From a virus: DNA of 64,000 bases. Below are positions 9,278 to 19,121 of the stretch, in pieces. The notes beneath the pieces are model-generated. The model did not search any database. It was not told where the DNA came from and worked only from the letters and a program-made list of their open reading frames with translations. Position numbers and translations under genes: made by a program. The stretch spans positions 35,016 through 99,015 of IMG/VR virus record IMGVR_UViG_3300027747_004722; one strand, given 5' to 3'. Every line of letters begins with the position of its first letter. The first letter of the stretch is position 1.

Positions 9278-10375
9278 CTAGGCTTGAGTCTTCGACATCG
9301 TCCCCGCCTTTTTCTTTGCCCGAGGGAAGAAAAAATTTGACTCGAGCGGAAGCTCGATCTCGAAGTCACGCAGGCTGTACGGGTTGGTGATGGCCACCTT
9401 GGTGTCGACTCCGAACGGAGGCTCGTTCACCACGGTCCTGAGGTACGCCACGTCCTGTATCGGCAGCTTCTTGAGCAGGGTCTGGATCTCGCTCTTGTCG
9501 GTGAGTCCCTCGACCTCCTCGATGAGGTGGGCCGTCCTGTAGAGGAGCGTGTCGTCCGCCTGTCCGGAAAGGTCGAAGTTCTTGGCTCTTCGCTCCCTGT
9601 ACTCCTGGATGACCTGCTCGTCCTTGCCGACCGCCAGGCGGTACCGGAACCTGTACCCCGTGACCGGCAGCACGTCCTCAAGGTTATCAGAGCCGAACTC
9701 CGCCTTGCAGTAGTCGACGAAGAGGTCGTTGAGGTTGATCGTGGTGGCGAACGTCTGGTCCGTCTCCGGGTCCCTGACCTCCACGTCGTACTCCGGGGTG
9801 TACGATATGCCCCTGAGGTAGATCAGCATGTAGGTCCTGTCCTGCGTCAGGAAGTTCGCGGAGTCGTAGTTCTCCTTCATGCACCTGTTGAATATCATGT
9901 TGATGGCCTGGCCCTTCTTCACGAACCGAGGCGTGGCCAGGATCTCCTCCTCCTCGCCCGTCATCGGCCTGATGTGGACTACGCCGTCGGCCGGACCGTC
10001 CTCGCCGGTGTAGAACTTGCCCTTCGAGGGGAGCTCGATCTTCTCGTAGACCATGTTCCCGCGGGTGCCGATCCCGGCGATGAGCTCCTCGAGCTTGCCG
10101 CTTCCGGTGACCCTCATCTCCTGGCCCTTCGCCGGGGCCTGCGCGGTGGAACCCCCACGGACTGCCCTCTTGAAGGCCTCCGGGATGTTGCCCTTGACCC
10201 TCTGGGCGATCTCGCCCTGCGGCTCCTGGAAGTCGTCGCCCACCTCCTCGGCGGCCTTCCTCCTCATGGCGGCCATGGCCTCCAGCTGCTCTGAGGCCGC
10301 CGCCTGCGTTTCCTCCTGCGAAATCTCTTCCTGCGAAATCTGCCTCTTCTGCTGTCTGAACGAGTCGTCGGCCAT
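9278..10375 (-). CDS. T4 gp26-like baseplate hub / tail assembly protein
   Basis: IELPSKG, IRPMTGEEEEIL, LRGISY..EY, NFFFP C-terminal motif. Confidence 0.75.
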   Translation of the reverse strand: MADDSFRQQKRQISQEEISQEETQAAASEQLEAMAAMRRKAAEEVGDDFQEPQGEIAQRVKGNIPEAFKRAVRGGSTAQAPAKGQEMRVTGSGKLEELIAGIGTRGNMVYEKIELPSKGKFYTGEDGPADGVVHIRPMTGEEEEILATPRFVKKGQAINMIFNRCMKENYDSANFLTQDRTYMLIYLRGISYTPEYDVEVRDPETDQTFATTINLNDLFVDYCKAEFGSDNLEDVLPVTGYRFRYRLAVGKDEQVIQEYRERRAKNFDLSGQADDTLLYRTAHLIEEVEGLTDKSEIQTLLKKLPIQDVAYLRTVVNEPPFGVDTKVAITNPYSLRDFEIELPLESNFFFPRAKKKAGTMSKTQA

Positions 10376-10487
10376 TTTTTCTCCCTCTTTAATTGGACTT
10401 TGGTTGGTGTGCATCGGATGTCGGAGTCGCGCGATCGAACCGACGATCCATCAACTACATTAGTGAGGCGAAACAAAAACTGTCACG

Positions 10488-10868
10488 ATGGAAACTTCAC
10501 GCGACCCGATCAGGCTAGGCTTCAAGAACGCGGAAAGCCTGATTTTCGAGGACGATTCCGCATGGAGGCGGATGCCGGAGATGAGGCGCTTCAGGGACCA
10601 GTGGGCGGTCAGCCGGCTGAGTCCCTCCCTCAGGCCCACGGGCCGGGCGGCGATCCTCGACTTCCTTGACTCCGCCGGGCCGGAGCAGGAGGCGGCGCTT
10701 TCGGAGCACTTCGGAAGGGCCGTTACTATCGATAAGGTCGACAGGAACTCCGTGCTGAACATAGAGTTCGAGGCCGACTGCCCGCCCGACCTGGAGGACA
10801 TGTCGAGGTATTCGGGCTTCGGATCGTTCCTCAAAGGCAACAGGCTTTACCTGACATTCTGGAGATGA
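10488..10868 (+). CDS. Hypothetical protein
   Basis: First ORF of a coupled operon. Confidence 0.65.
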   Translation: METSRDPIRLGFKNAESLIFEDDSAWRRMPEMRRFRDQWAVSRLSPSLRPTGRAAILDFLDSAGPEQEAALSEHFGRAVTIDKVDRNSVLNIEFEADCPPDLEDMSRYSGFGSFLKGNRLYLTFWR

Positions 10869-11194
10869 GCATGTCCGACATCGCGAGGATAGTTATATTT
10901 TCATTGGCCACCATAGGTCTCACAAACATGATCGTGGACCCGGCCGCCATAATGAAGCCCCTCCGTGACCTCATAGACAGGCGGGGGCATCCGTGGCTCT
11001 CCAAGCTCGTGTCCTGCTACCAGTGCTCCGGCACCTGGGTCGGCTTCCTGTGCGGCTACCTCATCGTGGGCCGCGAGCCGGAGACGGTGTTCGCCTGCGG
11101 AATGGCCGGGAGCTACCTGGCAACCATGTCGGCCACCTACACGAACTACCTAGAGGCCCGAAGCATCATCGGCGTAGAAGAAAATGCCGAGTAG
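10865..11194 (+). CDS. DUF1360-like membrane protein
   Basis: Hydrophobic helices with LVSCYQCSGTW motif. Confidence 0.65.
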   Translation: MSMSDIARIVIFSLATIGLTNMIVDPAAIMKPLRDLIDRRGHPWLSKLVSCYQCSGTWVGFLCGYLIVGREPETVFACGMAGSYLATMSATYTNYLEARSIIGVEENAE

Positions 11195-11474
11195 CAATTC
11201 CATACTCCTTTGCCTGTCGTGCGGATGGAAGAAGGTCTGCGACCCCGACGCATCGGGCCTCCTGGAGCTGAAGAACGACTCCATGAGCTCCCGGAAGTTC
11301 AGGTGTCCTGGCTGCGGCCGGGCGATAGCCCCAAGGAGCCACCAGGACCCGCAGTCCGAAATGAACCGAAGGGCCTCCGACGAGCGAATAAAGGCCGAGA
11401 ACGAAGTGTTCATAAACGAGGTCATGGATTTCCAGAAGAATTTCATCAGGGAGTCAGAGGATGGCGACAAGTAA
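11184..11474 (+). CDS. Zn-ribbon hypothetical protein
   Basis: CLSC and CPGC pairs. Confidence 0.65.
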   Translation: MPSSNSILLCLSCGWKKVCDPDASGLLELKNDSMSSRKFRCPGCGRAIAPRSHQDPQSEMNRRASDERIKAENEVFINEVMDFQKNFIRESEDGDK

Positions 11475-11844
11475 AATCACCCTCCAGGACGTGAAGAAGG
11501 CCCTGAAGGACTCCCGCTTCAGACTGTCGCTCCCAAAGGAGCTCGGCCCGCAGGTCGAAGAATTCCTCAACAACCCAGGGTGCGCATGCCACACCCCCCT
11601 GTACCGCAGAATCATCAAGGATTGCTCCGAGCAGCTGTCCAGGTACTTCCCGGGGATGAAGGTGCCCGAACACGACGAGGACATACGGAGGCTTGCCGAG
11701 AACCACTGGAGCGTCATCAGCTGCCACATAGACGAGCTGGAGTCCAAGCTGGCCAAGCTCGGCCCGGGCAGGAAGCAGTTGGACGTGGCAAGGTGGGAGG
11801 ACCAGGTTACGGTGGTCATCAACGATCTAGACGTCGTATTTTAG
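11461..11844 (+). CDS. Hypothetical protein
   Basis: ORF with GAGG RBS, overlapping upstream gene. Confidence 0.7.
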   Translation: MATSKITLQDVKKALKDSRFRLSLPKELGPQVEEFLNNPGCACHTPLYRRIIKDCSEQLSRYFPGMKVPEHDEDIRRLAENHWSVISCHIDELESKLAKLGPGRKQLDVARWEDQVTVVINDLDVVF

Positions 11845-12075
11845 GAAGTCGAGAGCCTGCAGCTCCTCCTGCCTCGTCCTCGGCGCCAACCTGCACGCCA
11901 CGACCCTGCGGCTGCAGTACACATTCATGGACTCCAGGAACGCATCCCGCCTGCCGTACTCCAGCATCACGGACGAACACAGATCCCTGGCATCAGACGA
12001 GTTCTGAGCCTCGACCTCGGCAACTTCCTCGCACGACGGATTCTCGTACTGTATGAGCAGCCTGAACTTCAGCAA
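11827..12075 (-). CDS. Hypothetical protein
   Basis: TTG start after AAGGAGG. Confidence 0.5.
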   Translation of the reverse strand: MLKFRLLIQYENPSCEEVAEVEAQNSSDARDLCSSVMLEYGRRDAFLESMNVYCSRRVVACRLAPRTRQEELQALDFLKYDV

Positions 12076-12106
12076 TGCAGCCTCCTTGTGCACGACCCAT
12101 AGTTAT

Positions 12107-13048
12107 TTATGGCTGCCGATTTCTTTTGGGGGCGACCAAAAACGATCCCCCCACGGCCTTGCGGCACTTTTCTTCCATTAGGGACGGATAGGACTCGTAT
12201 TTGGATATCTCTATGGGGAACGAGTCGTCGTTTCTCCGCCTCTTCCCGGCGATCCTTGCGTTCTGGTACATTTCCATCGCCCTTCTGTACTCCCCGCGCG
12301 AACAGAGCATGTCCCCAAGGAGACACCAGAACTCCGCGAAAGAAGGGTGATAGAACAGGCACTCTATCGCCCTCTGGTACGCCCGTCTTGAATCCCCCTC
12401 TATGAACTCCTGCCTCGCGAGGTAATAGTTCATCAGAACTTGCGAGTCGTCGCGTCCCGATGCGAGGTTTAGGTACTTGGTCGCCTCGACCATGAACTCC
12501 CGACCACGGCCCTCGGCCAGAAGACAGCACGCGAGGTAGTAGTAGGGATCGGGCGAGGTGGGCTTCCTCGCGGCCCACCGCCTACAGGCCTCCGTGTTCT
12601 GGCCCCTGTTGTCCGGCTGCCCTTCGGAGACTACCACGACGCTCGGGTCGACCACGGCCCCAGAGCCCACCACTGTCTCGAAAACCGGGTTCTCGAACCT
12701 GCCGCGGTCCCAGAGCCTCACCTGCTTGGAAACGTATCCTCCCGACACCACATAGAACGACCGCGACCCTTCCATGGATCCGACCGCCTCCGCCCCCCTC
12801 GCTATCCTCTCCCACGGCTCGAGATACATGTTCGGGCCCTCCGAACAGAGCCCGTTGCGAACATCGGACATGTCCCCGCCGTCCCCAACGGCCACCAGTT
12901 CGGCACCCATACTTCTGGCGATGTGCGGGGTGTCGTCGCTGGAACCCATGTCCCCCACGATCACCCTGCCGCCCACACGGGCCGCGGACTCAAGGCACGC
13001 CGATATGGTCTTCGCGTTGTTCCTCGTCAGGACTTGTATGGTCAGCAC
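12107..13048 (-). CDS. GT2-family glycosyltransferase with TPR-like repeats
   Basis: VLTRN..TI..CLES, VGDMGSSDDT, then helical YYLA/AEFWCLLGD repeats. Confidence 0.8.
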   Translation of the reverse strand: MLTIQVLTRNNAKTISACLESAARVGGRVIVGDMGSSDDTPHIARSMGAELVAVGDGGDMSDVRNGLCSEGPNMYLEPWERIARGAEAVGSMEGSRSFYVVSGGYVSKQVRLWDRGRFENPVFETVVGSGAVVDPSVVVVSEGQPDNRGQNTEACRRWAARKPTSPDPYYYLACCLLAEGRGREFMVEATKYLNLASGRDDSQVLMNYYLARQEFIEGDSRRAYQRAIECLFYHPSFAEFWCLLGDMLCSRGEYRRAMEMYQNARIAGKRRRNDDSFPIEISKYESYPSLMEEKCRKAVGGSFLVAPKRNRQP

Positions 13049-13202
13049 CGAACCTCTCCGAAACAAGAAAACGAACGACCTCGGCCTCGTCCCCCATGCC
13101 CGTGGAGTCGTAGTACGAGGCCAGGTCTTCGTAGCCCTTTCGGGCCCACGGCCTTTCCATGATGAGCTCAACCGCCTCGGCGGCGCGCTCTATTGATCGC
13201 AT
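12990..13202 (-). CDS. Hypothetical protein
   Basis: Short coupled ORF MRSIERAAEAV. Confidence 0.55.
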   Translation of the reverse strand: MRSIERAAEAVELIMERPWARKGYEDLASYYDSTGMGDEAEVVRFLVSERFGADHTSPDEEQREDHIGVP

Positions 13203-13408
13203 TCCCTGCATACGCCAAGTATCCGCCTCCAGAAGGGGCATTCTGGCGGGGGGTTGACCGGCCAGCACGAACAGCAGGTCTTATCGTCTATGAACTGCTG
13301 GTTCTCGTCCCTCAGCGCCCTCTCCAAAGCGTTCGATATTTCGTCGTCCGTGAGAAGGAGGTCTATGCATCTCCCGTCAACGGTGATCGTAGTGTGCCTA
13401 AAAGACAT
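13190..13408 (-). CDS. Cys-rich hypothetical protein
   Basis: GAGG RBS, 72-aa ORF. Confidence 0.55.
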   Translation of the reverse strand: MSFRHTTITVDGRCIDLLLTDDEISNALERALRDENQQFIDDKTCCSCWPVNPPPECPFWRRILGVCRECDQ

Positions 13409-13452
13409 TTTTACCTCTGAAAAATGGTTAGTAACCCTATCTTATATGAGCG

Positions 13453-14325
13453 ATGAACTTCAAAAATTGCGCCCCGCTTCGGAATAGGCATGTTAACGAG
13501 GCACCATGGAGGGGCTCTTGCGTCCGCAAGCCATGGGAATACAGGGTGACGGCCGTCATACCGGTCATGGACACCCCGGAATCCCTGGAGCTTTGCGTCG
13601 GTATACTCAGGCTCCAGACCGAAAAGCCTTACATAGTCGTCGTGGACACGGGGAGCGAGAGCCACCATCTCGAGCGAATACTCGACATGCACGCCGACGA
13701 CCTAGAGGTCCACTGCGTCAGGCAGAACGGCACCCTGCACCCCTCCGACCCCGTCTGTGTCGCGCTGGACCTGGCGCAGAGCATGTGCAGGACCGAGTAC
13801 ATGTTCTCCACCCACTCCGACGCCTTCCTCATGAGGCGGGACTTTGTGGAGTGGGCTCTATCCATGTGCGGGGAGGAGGAGGCCGGACTATCGCCCGTGG
13901 TCGGCTACGAGATCAGCCCGAGGAACCACGACGACTGGAAAGGGATGATCAGCCACACCGCCACCATGTACCACATGCCTACGCTCGACCGCATAGGCTT
14001 CGGGTGGAGCATGAGGCGACTGGCCGCCATGTGCGGCCTCCCCAGCCAGGAGCCACACCCGGAGAGACCGAACTGGCCCGACACGGAGACCCTGGGGAAC
14101 ATGATATTGAGGGAACACGGGGTGCGAACCAAGATCATAGGATCCGAGGCCAACTTCACCAGGAACACCGACGAAAACATAGATCACGCAAGGAGCATAA
14201 CGCTGGGCAAGCTATACGCCCCCGACTACCACCGAGTTGCGTCCGAATGGTTCAAGGACGCGATGGAAAAAGCCCGATCTAGGATCGAGGACTGGACGCG
14301 TAACGACGAAACAGGAGAAAAGTGA
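13453..14325 (+). CDS. GT2-family glycosyltransferase
   Basis: VTAVIPV, IVVVDTGS, HSD at the DxD position. Confidence 0.8.
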   Translation: MNFKNCAPLRNRHVNEAPWRGSCVRKPWEYRVTAVIPVMDTPESLELCVGILRLQTEKPYIVVVDTGSESHHLERILDMHADDLEVHCVRQNGTLHPSDPVCVALDLAQSMCRTEYMFSTHSDAFLMRRDFVEWALSMCGEEEAGLSPVVGYEISPRNHDDWKGMISHTATMYHMPTLDRIGFGWSMRRLAAMCGLPSQEPHPERPNWPDTETLGNMILREHGVRTKIIGSEANFTRNTDENIDHARSITLGKLYAPDYHRVASEWFKDAMEKARSRIEDWTRNDETGEK

Positions 14326-14858
14326 ACGAGTACATAAACAACAAAAACCTAGAGCGACTCATAAACACATTCCAGGAGTCAAAAAGGAAGCAGGACAGGC
14401 TCGGGATGCTCATAGCCGACATCAGGGAGACGATATCGAGGAAGACGGTTCGGAACCTGGACGCCTCCCCGAACGAAGATTCGTTGAGTTCCAAGATGAC
14501 TTCCTTGAGCGAGTGCTCCGCCACATACGAGGAATCCAAGCAGAAACTAGCCGTGGCCTTCTTCACCCTCTCCGAGAACATAGTCAGGTACGCCAAGTTC
14601 CAACTCATAGACGCGGACGACGCGATCCAGGAGGGGGCGATGATATGCTTCGACAAGATAAACAGGTTCGATTCGCGCAAGGGCAAGGCCTTCAACTACA
14701 TGACCACCTGCATATTGAACCACTTCCGCCAGCTTTACAGAACCGCAAGAAACTACAACGAATTAAAGAAAAAGTACCTAAACCACATACAGTTCATTGA
14801 GGGGAACTCCGTATTCAAGAACGGAAGGCAGATGTTCGACCCGAACGGACACCATTGA
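14322..14858 (+). CDS. Phage RNA polymerase sigma factor, T4 gp55-like
   Basis: DDAIQEG..CFDKINRFD..KGKAFNYMTTCI region-2 signature; no region 4. Confidence 0.8.
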   Translation: MNEYINNKNLERLINTFQESKRKQDRLGMLIADIRETISRKTVRNLDASPNEDSLSSKMTSLSECSATYEESKQKLAVAFFTLSENIVRYAKFQLIDADDAIQEGAMICFDKINRFDSRKGKAFNYMTTCILNHFRQLYRTARNYNELKKKYLNHIQFIEGNSVFKNGRQMFDPNGHH

Positions 14859-14883
14859 TTTTATCTAGCAAAGTCTATATAAT
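14856..14883 (+). promoter_or_regulatory. Sigma70-like promoter, probably leaderless transcript
   Basis: TTGATT then TATAAT at about 16-17 nt spacing; ATG 6 nt after the -10. Confidence 0.55.
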
Positions 14884-14889
14884 GGCTCT

Positions 14890-15114
14890 ATGAGCGGAAC
14901 AGAACACATCGAAAGGCAGGAGCTTATCAACAAGCTCATAGCCAACGGATACGGTGACGTAGTCAAGGCCCTACTCGAGGACGAGAAAAAGGTCTACACA
15001 AAAAAGGGTCGCCTCAACAAGAGCGGGGCCTGCCGAAGGCTAAACCTCAAATCAAAGCAGCTCGAGGACATGCTCGCCGAAATGAGGAACCTTCTCAAGC
15101 GGGACATGGACTAG
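14890..15114 (+). CDS. Small HTH-like protein
   Basis: NKSGACRRLNL helix-turn-helix-like segment. Confidence 0.65.
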   Translation: MSGTEHIERQELINKLIANGYGDVVKALLEDEKKVYTKKGRLNKSGACRRLNLKSKQLEDMLAEMRNLLKRDMD

Positions 15115-15620
15115 CAGCCTTCTATCCACGCCCTGTCGTACCGCAGCGTGAGCTCGACCACAACATACCCGGACTCGCTCATGTCGAGGTCGCCCCATTC
15201 TATGTTGTTGGGCCACGCGTTCCGTATCACCCACTTCTCCACCGTCTCTCCGCAGCCGTCGTAAAGCTCCAGATTGACGGTCCTCTTCCAGTTCCCGCCC
15301 GGCCTCTTCCATTCGGCCTTGTCGTCGCAGGTGTCGTACTGGTTCTTGAGCCATTCGAATATCGGATTCTTGTTCCTCTTCAGGTCGAACAGGGTGATCT
15401 GTATGGGCTTCCAGTCCGGCTTCCCGGCAAAGTATACTGTCTCGTTCAGGTGCTGCGCCTCTATCTCCTTGAAGCTGAGGCTTGGCCTCGCGGCCTTGTC
15501 GGGGGGGAGCATGCTGGCCCCCTCGCCCACCACGCCGTCGATGCGGAACATCCACCTGAACTTGCGTTTGAAGCACACGTCCATCCCGCCAAGGACGCCC
15601 ATGCCCATGTTTCTGCCCAT
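15111..15620 (-). CDS. Tail tube protein, T4 gp19-like (copy 2)
   Basis: KRKFRW, YFAGKPDW, LELYDGCG..VEKW..NAWP, LRYDRA. Confidence 0.88.
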   Translation of the reverse strand: MGRNMGMGVLGGMDVCFKRKFRWMFRIDGVVGEGASMLPPDKAARPSLSFKEIEAQHLNETVYFAGKPDWKPIQITLFDLKRNKNPIFEWLKNQYDTCDDKAEWKRPGGNWKRTVNLELYDGCGETVEKWVIRNAWPNNIEWGDLDMSESGYVVVELTLRYDRAWIEGC

Positions 15621-15660
15621 CGGTAAAAACCTCCCAGATATCCTAGTCGAAAACCAAACA

Positions 15661-15698
15661 AAAAAGGCCGGCGGGAATCCCCGCCGGCCTTCTCTTTG
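15661..15698. terminator. Intrinsic terminator hairpin
   Basis: AAAAAGGCCGGCGGG..CCCGCCGGCCTTCTCTTT between the tube genes. Confidence 0.75.
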
Positions 15699-15713
15699 AC
15701 CTCTGAATACGAA

Positions 15714-16304
15714 TTAGTCGACCGAAGACCCGCCCATTCCCTCGCCGCAACCGCAGCACTTGGCCGTCGGGTTCTGGCCACACTTGTTGGTGTACTTGAC
15801 GTTGGAGAACCTCAGGGTGACCTCGATCGTCATCTCGTCGGAAGACGCATAGTCAAGCTCTTGGAAGTTCACGGCCTGCGGCCAGCAGTCCATCAGCTTC
15901 CACTCCTCGAGTTCCTGTCCGCAACCGTCGTACATCGTGATGATTCCGGTTCCGCCGTAGCATCGCCTGCGGGACGACTGGGTCAGCTTCTCGTTGTCGA
16001 GGTAGTTGTATACGCTGGCCAGCCAGCCCCACAGCTCCTCGTTGCCGATACCGCTGAGGGCCGTGATGTCGTAGTACGTGACCGTCATGGACTGCCACGT
16101 TCCCTTGCCGGGGATGTAGGTCTTGGCGTTGAGGAAGTTGATCTCCGTCTCCTCGATCTCGATCTGCGGACGGGCGGCCACCTTCACAAAGCTGGCGGGG
16201 ACTCTCTTGCCCGCGTCGCGCTCCACCGCGAAGGTCCACCGGAACTTACGCTTGTGGATGACGTCGTTGCCGCCCAGGCGGCCCATACCCATGTTAATCG
16301 GCAT
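15714..16304 (-). CDS. Tail tube protein, T4 gp19-like (copy 1)
   Basis: KRKFRW, YIPGKGTW, MYDGCG..LEEW..DCWP; directly after sheath. Confidence 0.9.
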   Translation of the reverse strand: MPINMGMGRLGGNDVIHKRKFRWTFAVERDAGKRVPASFVKVAARPQIEIEETEINFLNAKTYIPGKGTWQSMTVTYYDITALSGIGNEELWGWLASVYNYLDNEKLTQSSRRRCYGGTGIITMYDGCGQELEEWKLMDCWPQAVNFQELDYASSDEMTIEVTLRFSNVKYTNKCGQNPTAKCCGCGEGMGGSSVD

Positions 16305-16339
16305 TTTCTTGTTCTCCTATGTTATCTATCAAAACTCGA

Positions 16340-19117
16340 TCAGAAGGTGTCCGAACCAGCCTCGAAGCTTCCCGTCCTGTGGATGCTGAACTCGATGAAC
16401 ATGAACTCGACGGCCTTGGTCGGCTGAACGCCGATTCTGGCACGGAACTCGTTCCTGTCGATCACGTCGGGGGTGTTCAACTCCTCGTCGGCCTTGATGA
16501 TGAAAGCCGTGAGGCCTCGGCCGACCTTTATGTCCTGAAGGATCGCCGTTGCTATGTCTACGAAACGCGCACGGAACTGCTCGTCGTGCGGCTCGAACAG
16601 CAGGGCCCTTGACGCGGCGCGAATGCGCTTCTCGATGACGAACATCAGTCTCCTGACGTTCACCCGATCGAGGGCGGTCGGCCTGCGCTGCAGGGTCTTC
16701 TGGCCCCAGACGACGAAGTCCTGGAAGTCGGCGTACTGGACGATCGGGTTGATCGCGTTCCTGTTGCCGTACATCAGGTCTCTTTCCTCGAGGGTCGGAC
16801 GGCTGAACACGTCGGTGATGCCCGGCACCACGCCTCTGTTCACGCCGGCAGGTGCGAACCACGGTGCCGCTAGGGCGTCGTTCCTGGCGTAGACCGCCAT
16901 CACGGAACCCGACGGCGGAACCCACACGTCAACGTTGTTGAAGGTGTCGCGAATCTTGACCCACGGCCAGTAGAGGGCGGCGAAGTCAGAGTCGAATCGG
17001 GTGGCGTTAAGCGGGTGAGCGCCGTTCTGCCAAGCCACGATCTCTTTCACGGTGAGTCCGAACGGAGCGTCGACGATTGCCAGCGCGTCCGTTCTGAGGT
17101 TCTGTACCATGTCGATGAGAGCGAGAACGACGTTCGTCGAGCTGTGGCCGGGTATGGCCACGAGGTCGAGGTCGATCTGCTCCGGCTCGCTGAGGGAGTA
17201 GATGCCCGTGTAGCCCCTCTGGTTGCCGACGAGGAAGTAGTCCTGGTCGTCCGGATCGGCCGGTATTCCGTCACTGCCACCCGAGAGGGTGTAAGTTCCG
17301 TCAAGCGGCGGCGCCGGGTTGGCCGAGTTGTCCGTTGCACGAACGTAGTCCGAAACGAGCGTGAGGAAGGTCTCGACGTAGTAGCGGCTCGTCTCGTCCT
17401 TGGACAGGTTGCCCCACGACTCTACCTGCACGCCGTTGTTGTACACCTCGAGGACGAAATTGCCCTCTCTGATGTTGTTCTTGACAACCACCTGAGTGGC
17501 GTTGCCCTCTATTCCGGCCGAGTCGGCCATTAGCATCACCGATACGTCGCCGTACCTGTTGCTGTCGCCGTTGACGAGGCCGTAGGTCGATATATCGGCG
17601 TCTCCGCTCACTCCCTCGGGCGATCCGCCCTCGGCGGTGATGTAGAAGCCCTGGTTCGTGCCGCCCGGCTCGTTGAGGACAGCGGGGTTGGTCGGGTCGA
17701 TGAGCGGGGCGTCGAAGCCCAGCATCTCGAACACCGAGCTCTCGTTCTTGACGAGTAGCCTCGCGTCGTTTCCGGCGTGCAGCGTGCGGACGGACACGTA
17801 TCCGGCGACCGCCACGGCCTCGAAACCACCGGGGACATCGCCCGCGGATATCTTGGCGTTGATCTCGTCAACCACGTCCGAAGCCGTGACACCAGAGTTG
17901 CTCTTCAGGAAGGACAGGTCAACGACCTGCACGACGTTGTCGATGAGCACGTTGTCCGTGCCGTCGACAACCACCTGGAGGTCGAACGACGACAAGTTGG
18001 TGAAGTCGTAGTTACCTTCCATGCTTCCGGTCATCTGGGCTACGGTCATGCCGTTGCCGAGTCCTGTCGGCCCGACATGCACGCCGCTGCCCACGTCGAT
18101 TGAGGTCGGCCCGTAGAGAGCGTCCGCAACCGACACGAGCTCGAGGCTCGCGCTCGGGCCGAACGAGAAGGTCGTGCGAACGCCGATCCTTGAAGTCGTA
18201 TAGGTGGAGGTGTACTTGTAGTTAACATACACCTTGTTGGCACCTGCCGACGACGACGAGGTCGAGGCGGGCAGGTTCGAGTTGTATGTGAGCGTCACAG
18301 TGCCGGCCGTGAGATTAAGCACGCCGTTGATGGCCTTGACGGTCGAGCTGGCGACCTGGCGGAAACTGAAGACGCCTGCGTCGTTCACGGAGAACGACTG
18401 CACGACCACGCCGTTGACCACCACGCGGCCCGTCACCGTACCCGCAACCACGTGGTTGTGCGAAAGCGTGAAAGTGGCGTCCGTGTCGATCTGGGAAGTG
18501 GAATGCTCCTCGGCCTCTACATAGCTGATCTGCTCCGTGGTCGAGAAGAACTCTATGCCGTCGACCGCGGGGTCGATCTGCATGTTGAGGTCTTCGGCGA
18601 GCTGCGACGCGCTGTAGCCGTCGTTCTGCACGTTCGGATCGGGATGGTTCTCGTCGGCGAGGGCCACGAGGGTCTTCGAGGCCAGAATGCCGTTGAGTCT
18701 CCAGCGGAAGTACATGTCCTTGTCGAGGCTGTACGGGCCGGCGGTGTCGGAAACGATTGTGACCTGGCCGCCAGCCGAAGGAACTTCGACCTCGGCGGTC
18801 TTGGCGCGCTCCCAGCTGACGGGGTCCGTGTCGGCGACGCGGACAACGTAGAGCTCAGAGGCCACGAGCAGGTACTGCTCGGCGGCGTATATGAGATAGG
18901 GGTCTCCCGCCTCGGGGTGGGGATAGCCGAACACGGTGTTCAGCTGCCTGCGCGAGCGGATGACCGTCGGGATGTTGATCGGCCCCTTGCTCGCGAAGCC
19001 AACGAGGCCGGCGCGGTGGAAGGACTGCTCAGGCGCGATGAAACTCAAGTCCTTCTCGGTGATTCGCACCGACGGCGAAATTGTGTTGGAGGGTGGAAAG
19101 CCCCTTAGGATTGCCAT
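16340..19117 (-). CDS. Tail sheath protein, T4 gp18-like
   Basis: SPSVRITEKD, GFASKGP, YWPW, PPSG, WFAPAG.NRG, WGQKTL, RVNVRRL. Confidence 0.96.
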   Translation of the reverse strand: MAILRGFPPSNTISPSVRITEKDLSFIAPEQSFHRAGLVGFASKGPINIPTVIRSRRQLNTVFGYPHPEAGDPYLIYAAEQYLLVASELYVVRVADTDPVSWERAKTAEVEVPSAGGQVTIVSDTAGPYSLDKDMYFRWRLNGILASKTLVALADENHPDPNVQNDGYSASQLAEDLNMQIDPAVDGIEFFSTTEQISYVEAEEHSTSQIDTDATFTLSHNHVVAGTVTGRVVVNGVVVQSFSVNDAGVFSFRQVASSTVKAINGVLNLTAGTVTLTYNSNLPASTSSSSAGANKVYVNYKYTSTYTTSRIGVRTTFSFGPSASLELVSVADALYGPTSIDVGSGVHVGPTGLGNGMTVAQMTGSMEGNYDFTNLSSFDLQVVVDGTDNVLIDNVVQVVDLSFLKSNSGVTASDVVDEINAKISAGDVPGGFEAVAVAGYVSVRTLHAGNDARLLVKNESSVFEMLGFDAPLIDPTNPAVLNEPGGTNQGFYITAEGGSPEGVSGDADISTYGLVNGDSNRYGDVSVMLMADSAGIEGNATQVVVKNNIREGNFVLEVYNNGVQVESWGNLSKDETSRYYVETFLTLVSDYVRATDNSANPAPPLDGTYTLSGGSDGIPADPDDQDYFLVGNQRGYTGIYSLSEPEQIDLDLVAIPGHSSTNVVLALIDMVQNLRTDALAIVDAPFGLTVKEIVAWQNGAHPLNATRFDSDFAALYWPWVKIRDTFNNVDVWVPPSGSVMAVYARNDALAAPWFAPAGVNRGVVPGITDVFSRPTLEERDLMYGNRNAINPIVQYADFQDFVVWGQKTLQRRPTALDRVNVRRLMFVIEKRIRAASRALLFEPHDEQFRARFVDIATAILQDIKVGRGLTAFIIKADEELNTPDVIDRNEFRARIGVQPTKAVEFMFIEFSIHRTGSFEAGSDTF

Positions 19118-19121
19118 GACG

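Noticed and set aside
9106-9369. ORF-track 87-aa ORF
   Set aside because: Wrong frame; the protein-like sequence is in the 9096-9260 frame
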